Made by a program: the position numbers and the translations under genes. Below, one piece after another: positions 50,679 to 61,666 of a stretch of DNA of 64,000 bases. The DNA lies in assembly GCA_963838925.1 (NCBI GenBank), contig CAWISW010000001.1, positions 347,745 to 411,744 of the forward strand. Direction: 5' to 3'. This DNA is from an uncultured Nitrososphaerota archaeon. GTDB lineage: Archaea; Thermoproteota; Nitrososphaeria; Nitrososphaerales; Gagatemarchaeaceae. The notes beneath the pieces are model-generated. The model saw nothing but the letters and a program-made list of their open reading frames with translations. It was not told the origin of the DNA and searched no databases. How positions within the stretch are numbered: position 1 is the stretch's first letter; the number at the start of each line of letters is the position of its first letter.

Positions 50679-51683
50679 ATGCAAACATCGGCAGAGAGCA
50701 AGTCCGGGCGGCAGAGGGTGCTGAGCGACCCCAAGACCAGGGAGCTCCTAAGGCGCCTCATCGTGGACAGCAAGTCCCTCGCCCCCGAGGTGGGCCCCGA
50801 CGGGCTGATGCACTACTTCACCGCAGAGGAGGTCATCGGCGACGCCCGGGCGACCGAGGCATGGATCGAGGAGATGCTAGCTGGGGGGATTCTGAAGAAG
50901 ACCACGTACAAGGACCTCGTGACCTGTCCTACCCACCTGAGGGCAGACCCGCTCATCCAGCTCGAGTGCCTAAAGTGCAAGGCGAGGAGGATGAGGAAGA
51001 CGGCCCTCGTGGAGCACCTCTACTGCGGCTACATCGACGCCGACTCGAAGTTCGACAAGGGAGGGTTCCTCGTTTGCCCCAACTGCAAGAGGTCGATACA
51101 CAAGGCGGACGAGCTCCGGAGCTCGGGGGTCTGGTACGAGTGCCAGAACTGCCTCACCAAGACCAGCCTCCCCAAGGTCGTCTTCACGTGCAGGGACGGG
51201 CACGAGTTCGGCACCTCGGACATCAGGCTGGCGGCCTCGTACACGTACATCGTGGAGGAATCGGTCGTGTCCCAGCTGAAGAACACGCTGATCCTCGCCC
51301 CGGCGCTCGTCGAGCTGCTCACCTCGATGGGCTACTCTGTCTCGTCCCCGGCCACGCTCCAAGGGCGCTCCGGTACCAGCCACAGCCTAGACGTCTACGG
51401 GAAGATAGTTGCCGGCCATCTCGGTGAGGAGAGAGACATCGCGATCCAGATATCGGTCGACGCGGTGGCCGTGGAGCCCAGCGCGGTCATCTCGTTCTTC
51501 GCGAAGACCTACGACCTCAGGCCGAGGCTATCGGTGCTCATAGCGATCCCGTCGGCCTCAGAGGCAGCGAAGCAGATCAACTCAGGGTACGGGATCACGC
51601 TGGTCGAGGACGCGGACGGGTCCGGCGCTGTCCAGAAGGTGAAGGCTCTGCTCGAGGGGTCGAGCAGGCCTCATAGCCCATAG
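50679..51683 (+). CDS. Multi-Zn-ribbon (TackOD1-like) protein with a C-terminal restriction-endonuclease-like domain
   Basis: CPTH, CLKC, EHLYCGY, CPNC, CQNC, C..GHEF; C-terminal GRSGTSHSLDV. Confidence 0.7.
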   Translation: MQTSAESKSGRQRVLSDPKTRELLRRLIVDSKSLAPEVGPDGLMHYFTAEEVIGDARATEAWIEEMLAGGILKKTTYKDLVTCPTHLRADPLIQLECLKCKARRMRKTALVEHLYCGYIDADSKFDKGGFLVCPNCKRSIHKADELRSSGVWYECQNCLTKTSLPKVVFTCRDGHEFGTSDIRLAASYTYIVEESVVSQLKNTLILAPALVELLTSMGYSVSSPATLQGRSGTSHSLDVYGKIVAGHLGEERDIAIQISVDAVAVEPSAVISFFAKTYDLRPRLSVLIAIPSASEAAKQINSGYGITLVEDADGSGAVQKVKALLEGSSRPHSP

Positions 51684-51696
51684 GGAGGCTACCAGA

Positions 51697-53268
51697 ATGA
51701 GGCCAAAACACGGAAGGCGGTACCGCGGGCGGCACGGCGTGAGCGAGATCGTCTCCACCCTCTTGCTCGTCGCCATCGTCGTCTCGCTCGGAGTCCTCGT
51801 CTTCACGTTCGCGAGCAGCGGCCTGGGCTCGTTGACGGGGAGCTTCACCGGCCTGATGTCGGGACAGGGGAACGCAGCCGCGGAGCACTTCACGGTGGAG
51901 CAGGTCACGTTCACGCCCCCCGTCGGGGGTTTTCTCACAGTAACTCTCACCAACAGCCAGACCACCGCCACCTCCGCGTCGTTCCAGCAGGAGGTGACCT
52001 GGGACCCAGCCACCTACTCTGCATATGAATCGTCGAGCCTCGGGAACGTCCGGTTCTGCACCACCTCCAGCTGCACCACGCAGCTGTACTCCTGGCTCGA
52101 GTCGTGCGGCACGTCTGCCACCCCCTCCTACACGAGCTGCACCTCTGGCAGCGCCTACGCCATCGCCTGGGTGAACCTCGGCTCCCTTGTCGTCCCTGCG
52201 ACGGGCGGGGGGACGCTCACGATATACATGGTCTTCGGGGCCACGACCACGAACTTCGACGGCGTCTACTGGGGGGAGTCGCCTCAGCTCTCCTCCACCT
52301 ACGGGCAGTACGACAACGGCGCGTACGTCTTCGCCGCGTACTTCAACGGTAACACGGCCACTTCGAGCTTTTCGGTGACGCCGGGTGGAACCTACGCCGT
52401 GGCCCAGTCGGTGGGATTCGCGGGCCCAAACGCGGGGACGATCAACGCGATACACGTGACGGGCGCGGGGGCCGCTAATCCCGACACTTCCTGGGCGTTC
52501 AACACGGCCATGACCAACGCCGGCATCATTACCGAGGCGAGCTTCTACAACGCAAACCCTGGCACCGGGTCGGGGATCGGGGGTCTCGCAGACAGCGGGA
52601 CGGCCTCGGGCGTCCTTAACGGGATCGGCGTGGGCGACGGGGCGGGCACGAGCTACTTCGACGAGGACACGGACGTCGCCGGGGCCGTGACCACCGGCAC
52701 GGGCTCAGCGGGGGCGGGGACGGCGACATGGCTGTACTCGAGCCTGACGTACGCGAGCAAGGCCGAGACGTCGTTCTACGCGCAAATCACCCCCGCGCTC
52801 TACGGGACGCCAGGGCAGACCGCTGGGACTGGGTACTCGCACACCGACACCGTCGCCAACCCGCTCGCCGCTTCGACTAACCTATACTTCGGCACGTGGT
52901 CGGCGACCAGCGGCGGCTTCCCACTGTCCATGTACTACAACTTCATGCGCGCCAGGCTATATCCCCCCGCCGGAGTCATGCCCGCAACGTCGCTCGGAAC
53001 CGCAACGCCGTCAACAACCACGGGAGCGGACGTCTACGTGAGGAACGTCGGGACCATCTCCTCGACGCTGGTCTCCGTCTACGTCGTGGACCAGTCGACC
53101 GGCACCTTCGTCGGCCAGTTCCCGATAAGCACCGTCCTGAACGTCGGTACGTTCGTGGACGTCCCTTACACCACCGTGGACTTCTCCTACTCGCACGGCC
53201 AGACATACTCCTTCACCGTGACCTCGATTTTGGGGAACAGCGTGACATTCGATGCGAAGGCGGCATAG
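51697..53268 (+). CDS. Archaeal type IV pilin with a large inserted domain (DUF2341-like)
   Basis: Class III signal RHG|VSEIVSTLLLVAIVV; NVRF..LYSWLE..WVNL..IYM insert. Confidence 0.85.
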   Translation: MRPKHGRRYRGRHGVSEIVSTLLLVAIVVSLGVLVFTFASSGLGSLTGSFTGLMSGQGNAAAEHFTVEQVTFTPPVGGFLTVTLTNSQTTATSASFQQEVTWDPATYSAYESSSLGNVRFCTTSSCTTQLYSWLESCGTSATPSYTSCTSGSAYAIAWVNLGSLVVPATGGGTLTIYMVFGATTTNFDGVYWGESPQLSSTYGQYDNGAYVFAAYFNGNTATSSFSVTPGGTYAVAQSVGFAGPNAGTINAIHVTGAGAANPDTSWAFNTAMTNAGIITEASFYNANPGTGSGIGGLADSGTASGVLNGIGVGDGAGTSYFDEDTDVAGAVTTGTGSAGAGTATWLYSSLTYASKAETSFYAQITPALYGTPGQTAGTGYSHTDTVANPLAASTNLYFGTWSATSGGFPLSMYYNFMRARLYPPAGVMPATSLGTATPSTTTGADVYVRNVGTISSTLVSVYVVDQSTGTFVGQFPISTVLNVGTFVDVPYTTVDFSYSHGQTYSFTVTSILGNSVTFDAKAA

Positions 53269-53623
53269 CCAGTTGAGACACAACAGAGACGGTCAGGAGA
53301 AGATTTCGTACTCCTCAAGGCGCGCAGTCAGCGAGGTAGTCGCGGTCCTGCTTCTGGTGGCCATCGTCGTCAGCATAGGGGTGCTCGTCTTCACCTTCGC
53401 CAGCGGCTCGGTGAGCGCCCTCGGGCAGGCCTCCGCTGGACTGGTCGGGAGCCAGGGGAACGCCGCGGCAGAGCGCCTGGTGGTGGAGGACGTCTCTTTC
53501 ACCTTCACCGGCCCGACCTTGGGAGCGGACGTCTACGTGAGGAACGTCGGGACCATCTCCTCGACGCTGGTCTCCGTCTACGTCGTGGACCAGTCGACCG
53601 GCACCTTCGTCGGCCAGTTCCCG
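53022..53623 (+). repeat. Identical 103-bp direct repeat in adjacent pilin genes (53022-53124 and 53521-53623)
   Basis: GGGAGCGGACGTCTACGTG...GGCCAGTTCCCG is identical in both copies. Confidence 0.9.
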
Positions 53624-53767
53624 GTTAGCACCGCGCTCGCCCCCGGCGCCCTGGTTGACATCCCTCACACTACGCTCACATTCACTCCCTCGCACGGAAA
53701 CACGTACTCCTTCACCGTGACCTCGTCTCTCGGGAACAGCGTGATCTTCGATGGAAAGGCGAGCTAG
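53252..53767 (+). CDS. Archaeal type IV pilin (minimal scaffold)
   Basis: RRA|VSEVVAVLLLVAIVV; DVYVRNVG; YSFTVTSSLGN. Confidence 0.85.
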   Translation: MRRRHSQLRHNRDGQEKISYSSRRAVSEVVAVLLLVAIVVSIGVLVFTFASGSVSALGQASAGLVGSQGNAAAERLVVEDVSFTFTGPTLGADVYVRNVGTISSTLVSVYVVDQSTGTFVGQFPVSTALAPGALVDIPHTTLTFTPSHGNTYSFTVTSSLGNSVIFDGKAS

Positions 53768-53771
53768 CACC

Positions 53772-54962
53772 ATGAGACATCGGCACGGGCGGCGCGGCGT
53801 CAGCGAGATCATCGGGGTCCTTCTCATGCTCGCGATAGTCGTGTCTTTGGGCGTCCTCATCTTCACGTTCTCGAGCGGGTCGATGAACAGCCTGAGCGAG
53901 AACTACGCCGCGGCGATGACGAACCGCAAGGGCGGCGCGGCGGAGAAGTTCCAGGTGGAGCAGGTCACCTTCTCGACGGGAAGCGCCGGGACGCTCGCGA
54001 CCGACGGCTCTGCCACAGGCTGCTTCGGAGCGACCACCCAGACCGCGCCCTGCACGGCTAGCACTACCACGGCGAGCACCGGCACGCTGACGACGACGAA
54101 GTCGCCCGACGTGATCGTGGTGTCCATAGACGACGAGAACGCCCCGAACGCAGTGATCGACACCGTCAAGACCGTGACGGCCACAGGGCTCACATTCGTG
54201 CCGAGGTCGTCCAACACCCTGGGCACTCCAACCTACCAAGACCTCGAGGTCTGGTACGCGATCGCCTCATCCGCTTTCTCAGGGGCGATCACAGTGACCC
54301 TGAATAGCGCGACCGACGACGCCGTCATAGTCGCCTTCGGAGTCTCTGGCGCGAACACCGCCTCGCCTTGGGACCAGAACCCCTCGTTGCCGGCAACGGC
54401 GACCGGCCCAACCGGGGTAGCGCCTAGCGTGGGCGGAGTCGCGACCAGCAACTCGAACGACATCATCCTTGGGTTCCAGGCGAACGGCGACAGCACCGCG
54501 GTGGGAGCCACGACCGAGACCGCTGGCTCGGCATTCGGTTTGGTCGCGAACTACAACAACGGAGGCGGAGCTAACGACGCGGACGGAGCGGCCGAGGACA
54601 AGGTCGTCACCGCAACCCAGACGGGGGCCACGGTGGCGTTCGGGACGAGCATAACATTGGCTGATCCGTGGCTGGTGATAGCGGACGCGATAGAGGCATC
54701 CCCGGCCCCGATAGCAGGCGCCGACGTCTACGTGCGCAACCTAGGGACGGTCCCCACGACGCTCGACGCGGTATACATCGTGGACACCACGTCGAATTCG
54801 TTCGTGTCCCAGACCACCGTAGGCACGACGGTGAACGTCGGCTCGTACGTTGACATCTCGCACTCGACGCTCGCCTTCTCCGGCACGCACGGGCACACCT
54901 ACTCGTTCACCGTGACCTCCTCTTTGGGGAACAGCGTCGTGTTCAGTGAGGAGGCGACGTAG
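53772..54962 (+). CDS. Archaeal type IV pilin with an inserted domain
   Basis: RRG|VSEIIGVLLML; same C-terminal scaffold. Confidence 0.85.
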   Translation: MRHRHGRRGVSEIIGVLLMLAIVVSLGVLIFTFSSGSMNSLSENYAAAMTNRKGGAAEKFQVEQVTFSTGSAGTLATDGSATGCFGATTQTAPCTASTTTASTGTLTTTKSPDVIVVSIDDENAPNAVIDTVKTVTATGLTFVPRSSNTLGTPTYQDLEVWYAIASSAFSGAITVTLNSATDDAVIVAFGVSGANTASPWDQNPSLPATATGPTGVAPSVGGVATSNSNDIILGFQANGDSTAVGATTETAGSAFGLVANYNNGGGANDADGAAEDKVVTATQTGATVAFGTSITLADPWLVIADAIEASPAPIAGADVYVRNLGTVPTTLDAVYIVDTTSNSFVSQTTVGTTVNVGSYVDISHSTLAFSGTHGHTYSFTVTSSLGNSVVFSEEAT

Positions 54963-57900
54963 GCTGCACTTCAAGTCCGGGAGGAGGGCAGGCGTCTCGT
55001 CGATCGTCGGCTCGATCTTCTTCGTGCTGATAATGATAGTCGCGATAGCCTCGCTGGTCACGATATTCAACTCCTTCACCGCGTACAACACCCAGGTGAA
55101 CAAGGCGAGCAACTCCAACCTGCAGGCGGCGGACACCGAGCTCTCGGTGACCAGCGGCCAGTTCGGGGCGTTCCCTCCGTCCACGACGTCGAACTTCAAC
55201 GCAGCAACAGCCTGCGCGACCACCTCCACACAGACCACAAACACCGGGCATCTCTTCTACGCAGCGAACATGTGGTGGGACTTTTACACTTGCAATGGCT
55301 TCTACCAGTACTCGACCTCCTTCGACGGCGTGACCTGGCAGGCGGAGACCACCGTACCGGGCGTGATCACAACCGGCTACACCGTGGGGCCGTACTGGAA
55401 CATCGACGTCGTCGGGACCACGATCTACCTTGCGGTCGCGGGGGTCGGTCACGCCTACTTCCAGCTCGGCATAGGCACCCTCTCGCAGGGCGGGACGGAC
55501 TCCGCTCCGGCGGGCACCATCTCGTGGGCATCGGCCCCGGCCACGGTCGCGACAAGCGCCGCCGTCGTCACGGTGGCGGGTCCCATCCAACTCGAAGCCG
55601 ACAGCTCGGGGAACGTCTGGGTCGCGACCGTCCAGGGCGCTACGGCCATCGGTGTCTACGAGCGCCAGGCCTGTGCATCGGGAGTCTCGGCCGCCGATGG
55701 CTGGGAGCCGAACGCATGTTCGAGCGCAACAGCGCCCACGAACTACGCGCCTGCGGCCCTGACTGGCCTGTCCGCGAACGCCAACATGATAATGATGGCG
55801 GCACCCAGCACGCTGAGCTCGACGGGCGTGGCCCTCCTCTACGAGACGGGCTCTGCGACCGTGCCATCGACCGGGTCCCTAGGCCTCTTGACCGCGTACG
55901 ATAACCCCCTCCCGACTTGGAACCCCGCCATATCATTGGCCTCTGTGACCCTTGACTATTCCCTGACCTCTTCCTCGTCGGTGTGGATTTCGAACACGAT
56001 ATACTTCGCGGGCTTCGCCGGCACGGCAGTCGGCGACAACACTTGCACAGGTGGCCAAGTTTGCTATCTCCGTTTCTGGACGGTGGCGTTCTCGACGTTG
56101 TCGACAGCTACGGTCAGTTCGGATGCGTCTGCATCGGCTCAAATCGAGAGCAGCAACCACCCGTGGCAGGCTGCCTTGACTTCCTCTGGGACGACCCTCG
56201 CGCTCTTCGATGCCTATCCCACTTCGACCACGGTGCAATACTACACCAGCAGCACCCTGGGCTCGATATGGAGTTCGGCGATACCGCTAGAGTCGGCAGA
56301 GACCGCGGTCAACGGGCTCGACCCAGCAGCCTCTGGCGTCTTAGCCGTCACCTGGGCGAACACCGCTCCGAACGTGAGGTTCGCCGCGCTCTCGACGTTC
56401 ACCCTCTCCAACGGGAGCCCGTTCGGGGTCCACGTGGTCGACCTCTACGTCTACAACCCGTCCACCAACGCGCTGGTCGCCCACTGGTATTACAATTCGA
56501 CCGGCACGGGTGCGGAAGACTTTGACTACTGGGTCGGGCAAGGGAACACGATGTCCATCCCAGTCCGTTTCATCTGGGCCGCGAATACGGCCTACCTCAT
56601 CACCTTCTCGACCGACACGGGAGTCACCGCCCAAACTACTCTCACAACCCTCCCCGGAGGGACGGTCTCCTGCCCGTCGGGGAGCTTCTTCTCGCAGCTG
56701 ACGCCCACAACCGAGTGCAACCCGGCCAGCGGCTCGACGAACCCCAACCTGGTGTCGGGCGCCGGCACGTCAACGTGCACCGACACCACCCTGACCACCG
56801 CGCTGATGATGGGCATGGGCATGAGCTACACCACCAGCGCCTCGACCTCGGGGAGCCTCTACCTTAGCTTCGCATTCCAGGTCACGTCTCCCGCCACCTC
56901 AGGGGTCACGTCGACGTGGCAGCTGTTCTACGGGTCGGGGACTGCGGCCGCGTGCAACGCAGCCGCCGCGGGGACGGCCCTCGGCCAGGCTTTCGTCGTG
57001 AGGAGCCAAGCAGCGGTGGCGAGGGGCCTGTCGCAGTCGGTCAGCACGACGATATCGGGGCTCGCCCCGAGCACGACCTACTGGTTCGACGTGGAAGCCT
57101 CCGACAGCAGCGCCGGAGCGTGGATCTACTCCAATCCCGACATGGGTGTGGTGGAGGTCCAGTCGACGAACTCCCCCATCCTGTCGACGTCGACCAACAT
57201 CAACACCTGCACGGACGCCACCCTTACGACGGCGCACATGATGGGGTTCGGCACCAGGTTCACCACCCCCGCGTCAGGCTTCAGCGGGAGCGTCTTCGGG
57301 AAGCTCACCTTCAACGTCGCGGGTCCGGCAACCGCCGCGATCAGCTCGAGGTACACGGTCACCTACGGGAACACGGCAACCCCGGCATGCAACGCGGGGG
57401 CCAGTGGGACGACCTCGGGCAACCAGTACACGGTGACATCTCAGGCGGGCGTCGCCAGCGGATCGGCGCAGAAGACGGGGTTCGTGCTCACGGGCCTGAC
57501 GGCCGGCACGACCTACTGGGTGGACGTCCAGGTCTCGGACACGACCACCGGGGCTTGGGTCTACTCAAACCCCGTCCTAGCTGTCATGATGATGCCCACC
57601 GCGACGAACTCGCTCCCCAACGCCGCGGGCACGAGCAACACCAACACGTGCACGGATGCCACAGCCACGACGTACGAGATGATGGGGCTCGGAGTCAAGT
57701 ACATCATCCCGTCTTCAGCGGAGGGAGACCTCTACATCACCGTCACGTTCGAGGTCACGATACCGGCGACGTCGGGTGTCAACTCGCAGTGGCAGGTAGC
57801 CTACGACACGGGCGTGGGCGTGACGTGCAACACCGCCCCCCAGGGAATACAGGTGGGCAACACCTACACCGTGACGAGTCAGAGCGGGGCCAACACGGGT

Positions 57901-58051
57901 GCCCTATCCCAGTCGGAGACGTTCGTGCTTCCAGACCTCCAGAAGGTCGCCGGGCGCGACAATATGGATAGACGTCGAGGCCTACGACAGCACGGCAGCA
58001 GGCTGGATTTATAGCAACCCCGAGGTCTCGGTGGCGATGTTCCCGGCGTGA
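54946..58051 (+). CDS. Giant pilin-like adhesin with three C-terminal repeats; +1 frameshift at ~57952
   Basis: RAG|VSSIVGSIFFVLIMI; three TCTD..MMG.G..YW.DV..W.YSNP repeats. The third repeat finishes in the shifted frame (IWIDVEAYDSTAAGWIYSNP..*). Confidence 0.78.
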
Positions 58052-58064
58052 GAGGCAAGACGAG

Positions 58065-58646
58065 ATGAAGTTCCAGAGAAAGAGGGGCGTCTCGGTCATC
58101 GTCGCGACCCTTCTCCTCATAGCGATTTCTGTAAGCGCCGCGATAATCGTCTACGTCTTCGTGGGCGGGCTCGCCGGCAACCTGACGCAGAACGGGGGGC
58201 AGCCGGTCACCGAGAAGCTCACAATCCAGTCCTACAACTTCGAGATTAGCCCTGGATCATGCGGATGCGCCATGCAGATTCTCGAGATTTTTCTTCTGAA
58301 TCCCGGGCCCGCCGTGACAAAGATCAGCGCGGTGTATTACGATGGGAACCTCTTGACTCTGAACATCAACCCTCCCAATCCGTTAGACGCGGCCATCGCG
58401 AACTACGATTGCTACCCGGTACCTTCTTCAACGATATTGGCTTCGACCAATTCGCAAGAGTTCCACTTTTCGAGTTCGGCATCGTTCGGGTCGATAACTC
58501 CATACGCGGTGACGAACGTAGGACAGATTGTGATCACCTTCGATTCAGGTCACGCTGCGGCTTACGGGACAGGACACACCGTCAAGGTAGTGAGCTCCAC
58601 AGGCGCGACAAACGTGTACACTGTGGTCGCCGGAATAAGCGGATAG
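58065..58646 (+). CDS. Archaeal type IV pilin
   Basis: KRG|VSVIVATLLLIAISV; C-terminal HTVKVVSSTG. Confidence 0.85.
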   Translation: MKFQRKRGVSVIVATLLLIAISVSAAIIVYVFVGGLAGNLTQNGGQPVTEKLTIQSYNFEISPGSCGCAMQILEIFLLNPGPAVTKISAVYYDGNLLTLNINPPNPLDAAIANYDCYPVPSSTILASTNSQEFHFSSSASFGSITPYAVTNVGQIVITFDSGHAAAYGTGHTVKVVSSTGATNVYTVVAGISG

Positions 58647-58830
58647 GAACGATGCCTGGGCCCTTCCCATTCATGAGAATGGTATCATCGCTTTAAGTTC
58701 TGGTTCATCCCTCAACCAGAAGGGTGGGTCTGAGAATGAGCTCTCTGGGAGAAACTCACGAACGTAATCCCGAGGCGTCCATGACATTTCGAATCAGCGT
58801 TAAATCAGATTCCTATGCGAGGGAAACGGG

Positions 58831-59487
58831 ATGTCCTTGCTGAGGCCTAATAGGTTAGGCACATCTAGGCACAAGCTTCTCGCGTTCTCGGTGATGTTGC
58901 TCCTCGCCGCCTCGGCGCTCCTGGTGGTCTCTTCGTTCCCTGCGGCGCATGCGTCGGGTCCTAGCAACGTAGGGACGACAAGCAACCCCTACGGCTTGGG
59001 CTTCGCCTCCGATGACTACGTATGCGGGGCGAGCGGCCTCTTCTGGGTCTTCTACAACGATGGCACCAGCTGGGGTTGGCAGACGAGCACCGACGGCCAG
59101 TCTTGGTCGTCTCGAACTACCTTCAGCAGCTCTGTTCCCGCACCCGCAGTCGGGACTAACGACATGACCTTCTACTGCTCGGGGAGCACCGTCTACTATG
59201 TCGGCGGGGCCGAGAGCCCGGACACGCATTTCTACTACGACAGTGGCACCCTGAACTCCAACGGAGGCATCGCGTGGAACGCCGAGTCGCCCGTATCCAC
59301 TCAGGGGTTCCTGGTCAAGTATCCCTCGATTACGGTCGACAGCGCCGGACACGTTTGGGTGGCAGTCCAATCACAGAACACAGGAACCGGCGGCGTGTAT
59401 TACAACGAGGTCTACGAGCTTGCTTCTGGCGTGTGGACTTCGTCGCTCACACTATCTTTCGGTTACACCCCCATTCCCCAGTTGACA
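58831..59487 (+). CDS. Secreted protein (BNR/Asp-box-like), truncated at the chimeric junction
   Basis: Signal peptide ..AHA; TSTDGQSWS; resembles the N-domain of the 54946 pilin; coherent sequence stops at ~59487. Confidence 0.65.
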
Positions 59488-61165
59488 ATTACCTTCTCGG
59501 CCTTCCTGACTCGTATTTGCAAGGTTCGGCGCAGCACGAAAGCGTGCGCAGCACGTCCCTTTATCTGTACGCGCAAGATAGCTGGAAAATACGACCTGCA
59601 TTGACCTTGAACTACGGCCTGCGTTGGGAATTAAACACGCCCATCGCGGATGTCGGCATGCGCACGCAAACCTTCCGTCCGGGACAAAACACTTCCGTCT
59701 TTCCTTGCCAACTCAGTCCCAACAACCCTTTGGTTGGGGTGTTCGGGACCACCGATTGTGGGCCGGGGAGTCCGGGCGAGTCTGTCTTTCCGCAAGGGTT
59801 GGTGGTGCCGGGGGACAAAGGCATCTCCGACGCCTTGACGCAAACCTATTACCGGGCATTCGCACCGCGAATCGGCCTTGCCTGGAGCCCCTCATGGAAC
59901 GATGGCGCGCTGGCGAAGATTACGGGAGGGCCAGGGATGACGAGCATCCGAATGGGGTGGGGGCTTTTCTACAATCCGATCGAACAGCTCGTGCTCGAGC
60001 AATTCAGCGGCGAACCCCCCTTCGGAGGGAGCGTCTACCTTTCAGAGACCCTCTTCAATACTCCCTTTGTGGGTCAAAACGGTTCGATCTCGCCGAATCC
60101 ATTCAATGGAATATTGAATCCGACTCGAGGTCAGCCGGTCGACTGGTCCTCATTCCGGCCGATCCTGATGTTTGGGGAGCTTCAACCCAATATCCGCCCG
60201 CAGTATGCGGCTCAATATAATTTCAACATCCAGCGCGAGCTGACGCGAAACATGGTGCTTCAGGTGGGGTATGTGGGCTCGCAAGGGCATCGCTTGCTGG
60301 CCACCCACGACGTGAACTACGGAAACGCGCAAGCCTGCCTGGATTTGCAAAGCCTCTCAAACTACTACGCCAATTCCAATCCTGCGCTATCCTCCAGCTT
60401 GGCGTGTGGCCCCTTCTACGCCGACAGCTCCTTCACAATTCCGGCAAATTCCATTCCTGCCGGAATGAGTGTGCATCTTCCTTACGGGTCAGTGCCCGTG
60501 GTGTCAGGGCCCAACAACCCCGCCATAACTTTGGTAGGGCTCCGCCGGTACTCCTCACCGTTCTGCCAGCCAACCACGGGCGTCGGATGTCCGCCCGATG
60601 GCACTCCTGTCTTCGCCAGCATTTTCGCGCAGGACACCATCGCCAACTCGAGCTACAACTCGTTGCAGGTATCCCTCGAGAGGCGCTTCTCCAAAGGCCT
60701 CCAATTCCTTGCCGCCTATACTTGGAGCAGATCATTTGATGAGGCCTCGAGTTTCGAGAATACCCTCAACCCGCTCTGCTTCCGCTGCACGCTGTCCCCT
60801 TCACTATTCAACGCCGACCAGCGCTTCGTGCTGAGTTACTACTGGGAGTTGCCTGTTCCGGAAAGGCCAGGGCTGGTAGGGAAGGTTGTGGATGGCTGGG
60901 GTCTGTCGGGCATCTTTAGTCTCCAGAGCGGGTTTCCCATCCGAATCACTTCCTCGAGCGACCTCGAACTCGAGAACAGCCAGGACTTTGAGTATCCCGG
61001 CGAGCCTGACTTGGTCGGGAAGTTCAGAACTCAGAACTCTCGCAAGTCCGGTTGCGCCCTTGGGACCGGCCCCACGGCAGGACCCGGCGCAACTGCATGC
61101 CAGCCTGTCCCCAATCAGTTCTTTGACCCCAATGTATTCGCTCCCCAGGCTCTGGGAACAATCGT
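59485..61165 (+). CDS. Internal fragment of a bacterial TonB-dependent receptor (Oar-like, Acidobacteria-type)
   Basis: YAQDSWKIRPALTLNYGLRWE, FAPRIGLAWSP, QYNFNIQREL, SSYNSLQ, YTWS; both ends missing. Confidence 0.85.
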
Positions 61166-61336
61166 AAAGAGTCCGGAGGACAAAGTTTTTCTCTGGGGCT
61201 AATTCGGCATAGCCTGCAGGATTGGCGAGTCTACATGGTTACCCGTCAGAGGATAAACGCACCAAAGGGACTAGACCTTTTGGAGCAGTCTATCTGGGCC
61301 ATAGCTGGGATCCGCTTGGTGGATGCCTAGCTCGGG

Positions 61337-61578
61337 TTGGACCTGAACAAGCAGTTCACCCTGGCCGATCTACTGCGGCAATCGGTCTACAGCCGCTTGG
61401 CGGGCTACGAGGACCTCAACGACGCCGAACGACTGGCAGCCGACCCGACGTTCCGATTGATCAGTTCGCAGAAGATCTCGGGACCGGGGCGCGGCGGTGA
61501 CCTCGACCTTGCATGGGTTCGAGACCGAACTGCTGACCAAGGAAGAGAATCTGATCGGGCTGATGGCGTTGAAATCGT
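61337..61578 (+). pseudogene. IS1380-family transposase fragment
   Basis: LADLLRQSVYSRLAGYEDLNDAERLAADP. Confidence 0.75.
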
Positions 61579-61666
61579 AAATTCCGGTTGAATCCGAAGA
61601 CGCCTTCTCTTGCCCGATGGTGCGCCGGGCCACTCGTTTCTGATATGTTATTTCGCGAGGGAGGCT

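Noticed and set aside
44001-58646. Archaellum (motility) operon
   Set aside because: No FlaH/ArlH, ArlF/G or chemotaxis genes are seen. Two TadC-like genes and adhesin-bearing pilins indicate an adhesive type IV pilus.
59274-61202. Horizontally acquired TonB receptor, or an archaeal-bacterial fusion gene
   Set aside because: Both genes are truncated and in different frames, followed by more unrelated fragments. A chimera is more parsimonious.
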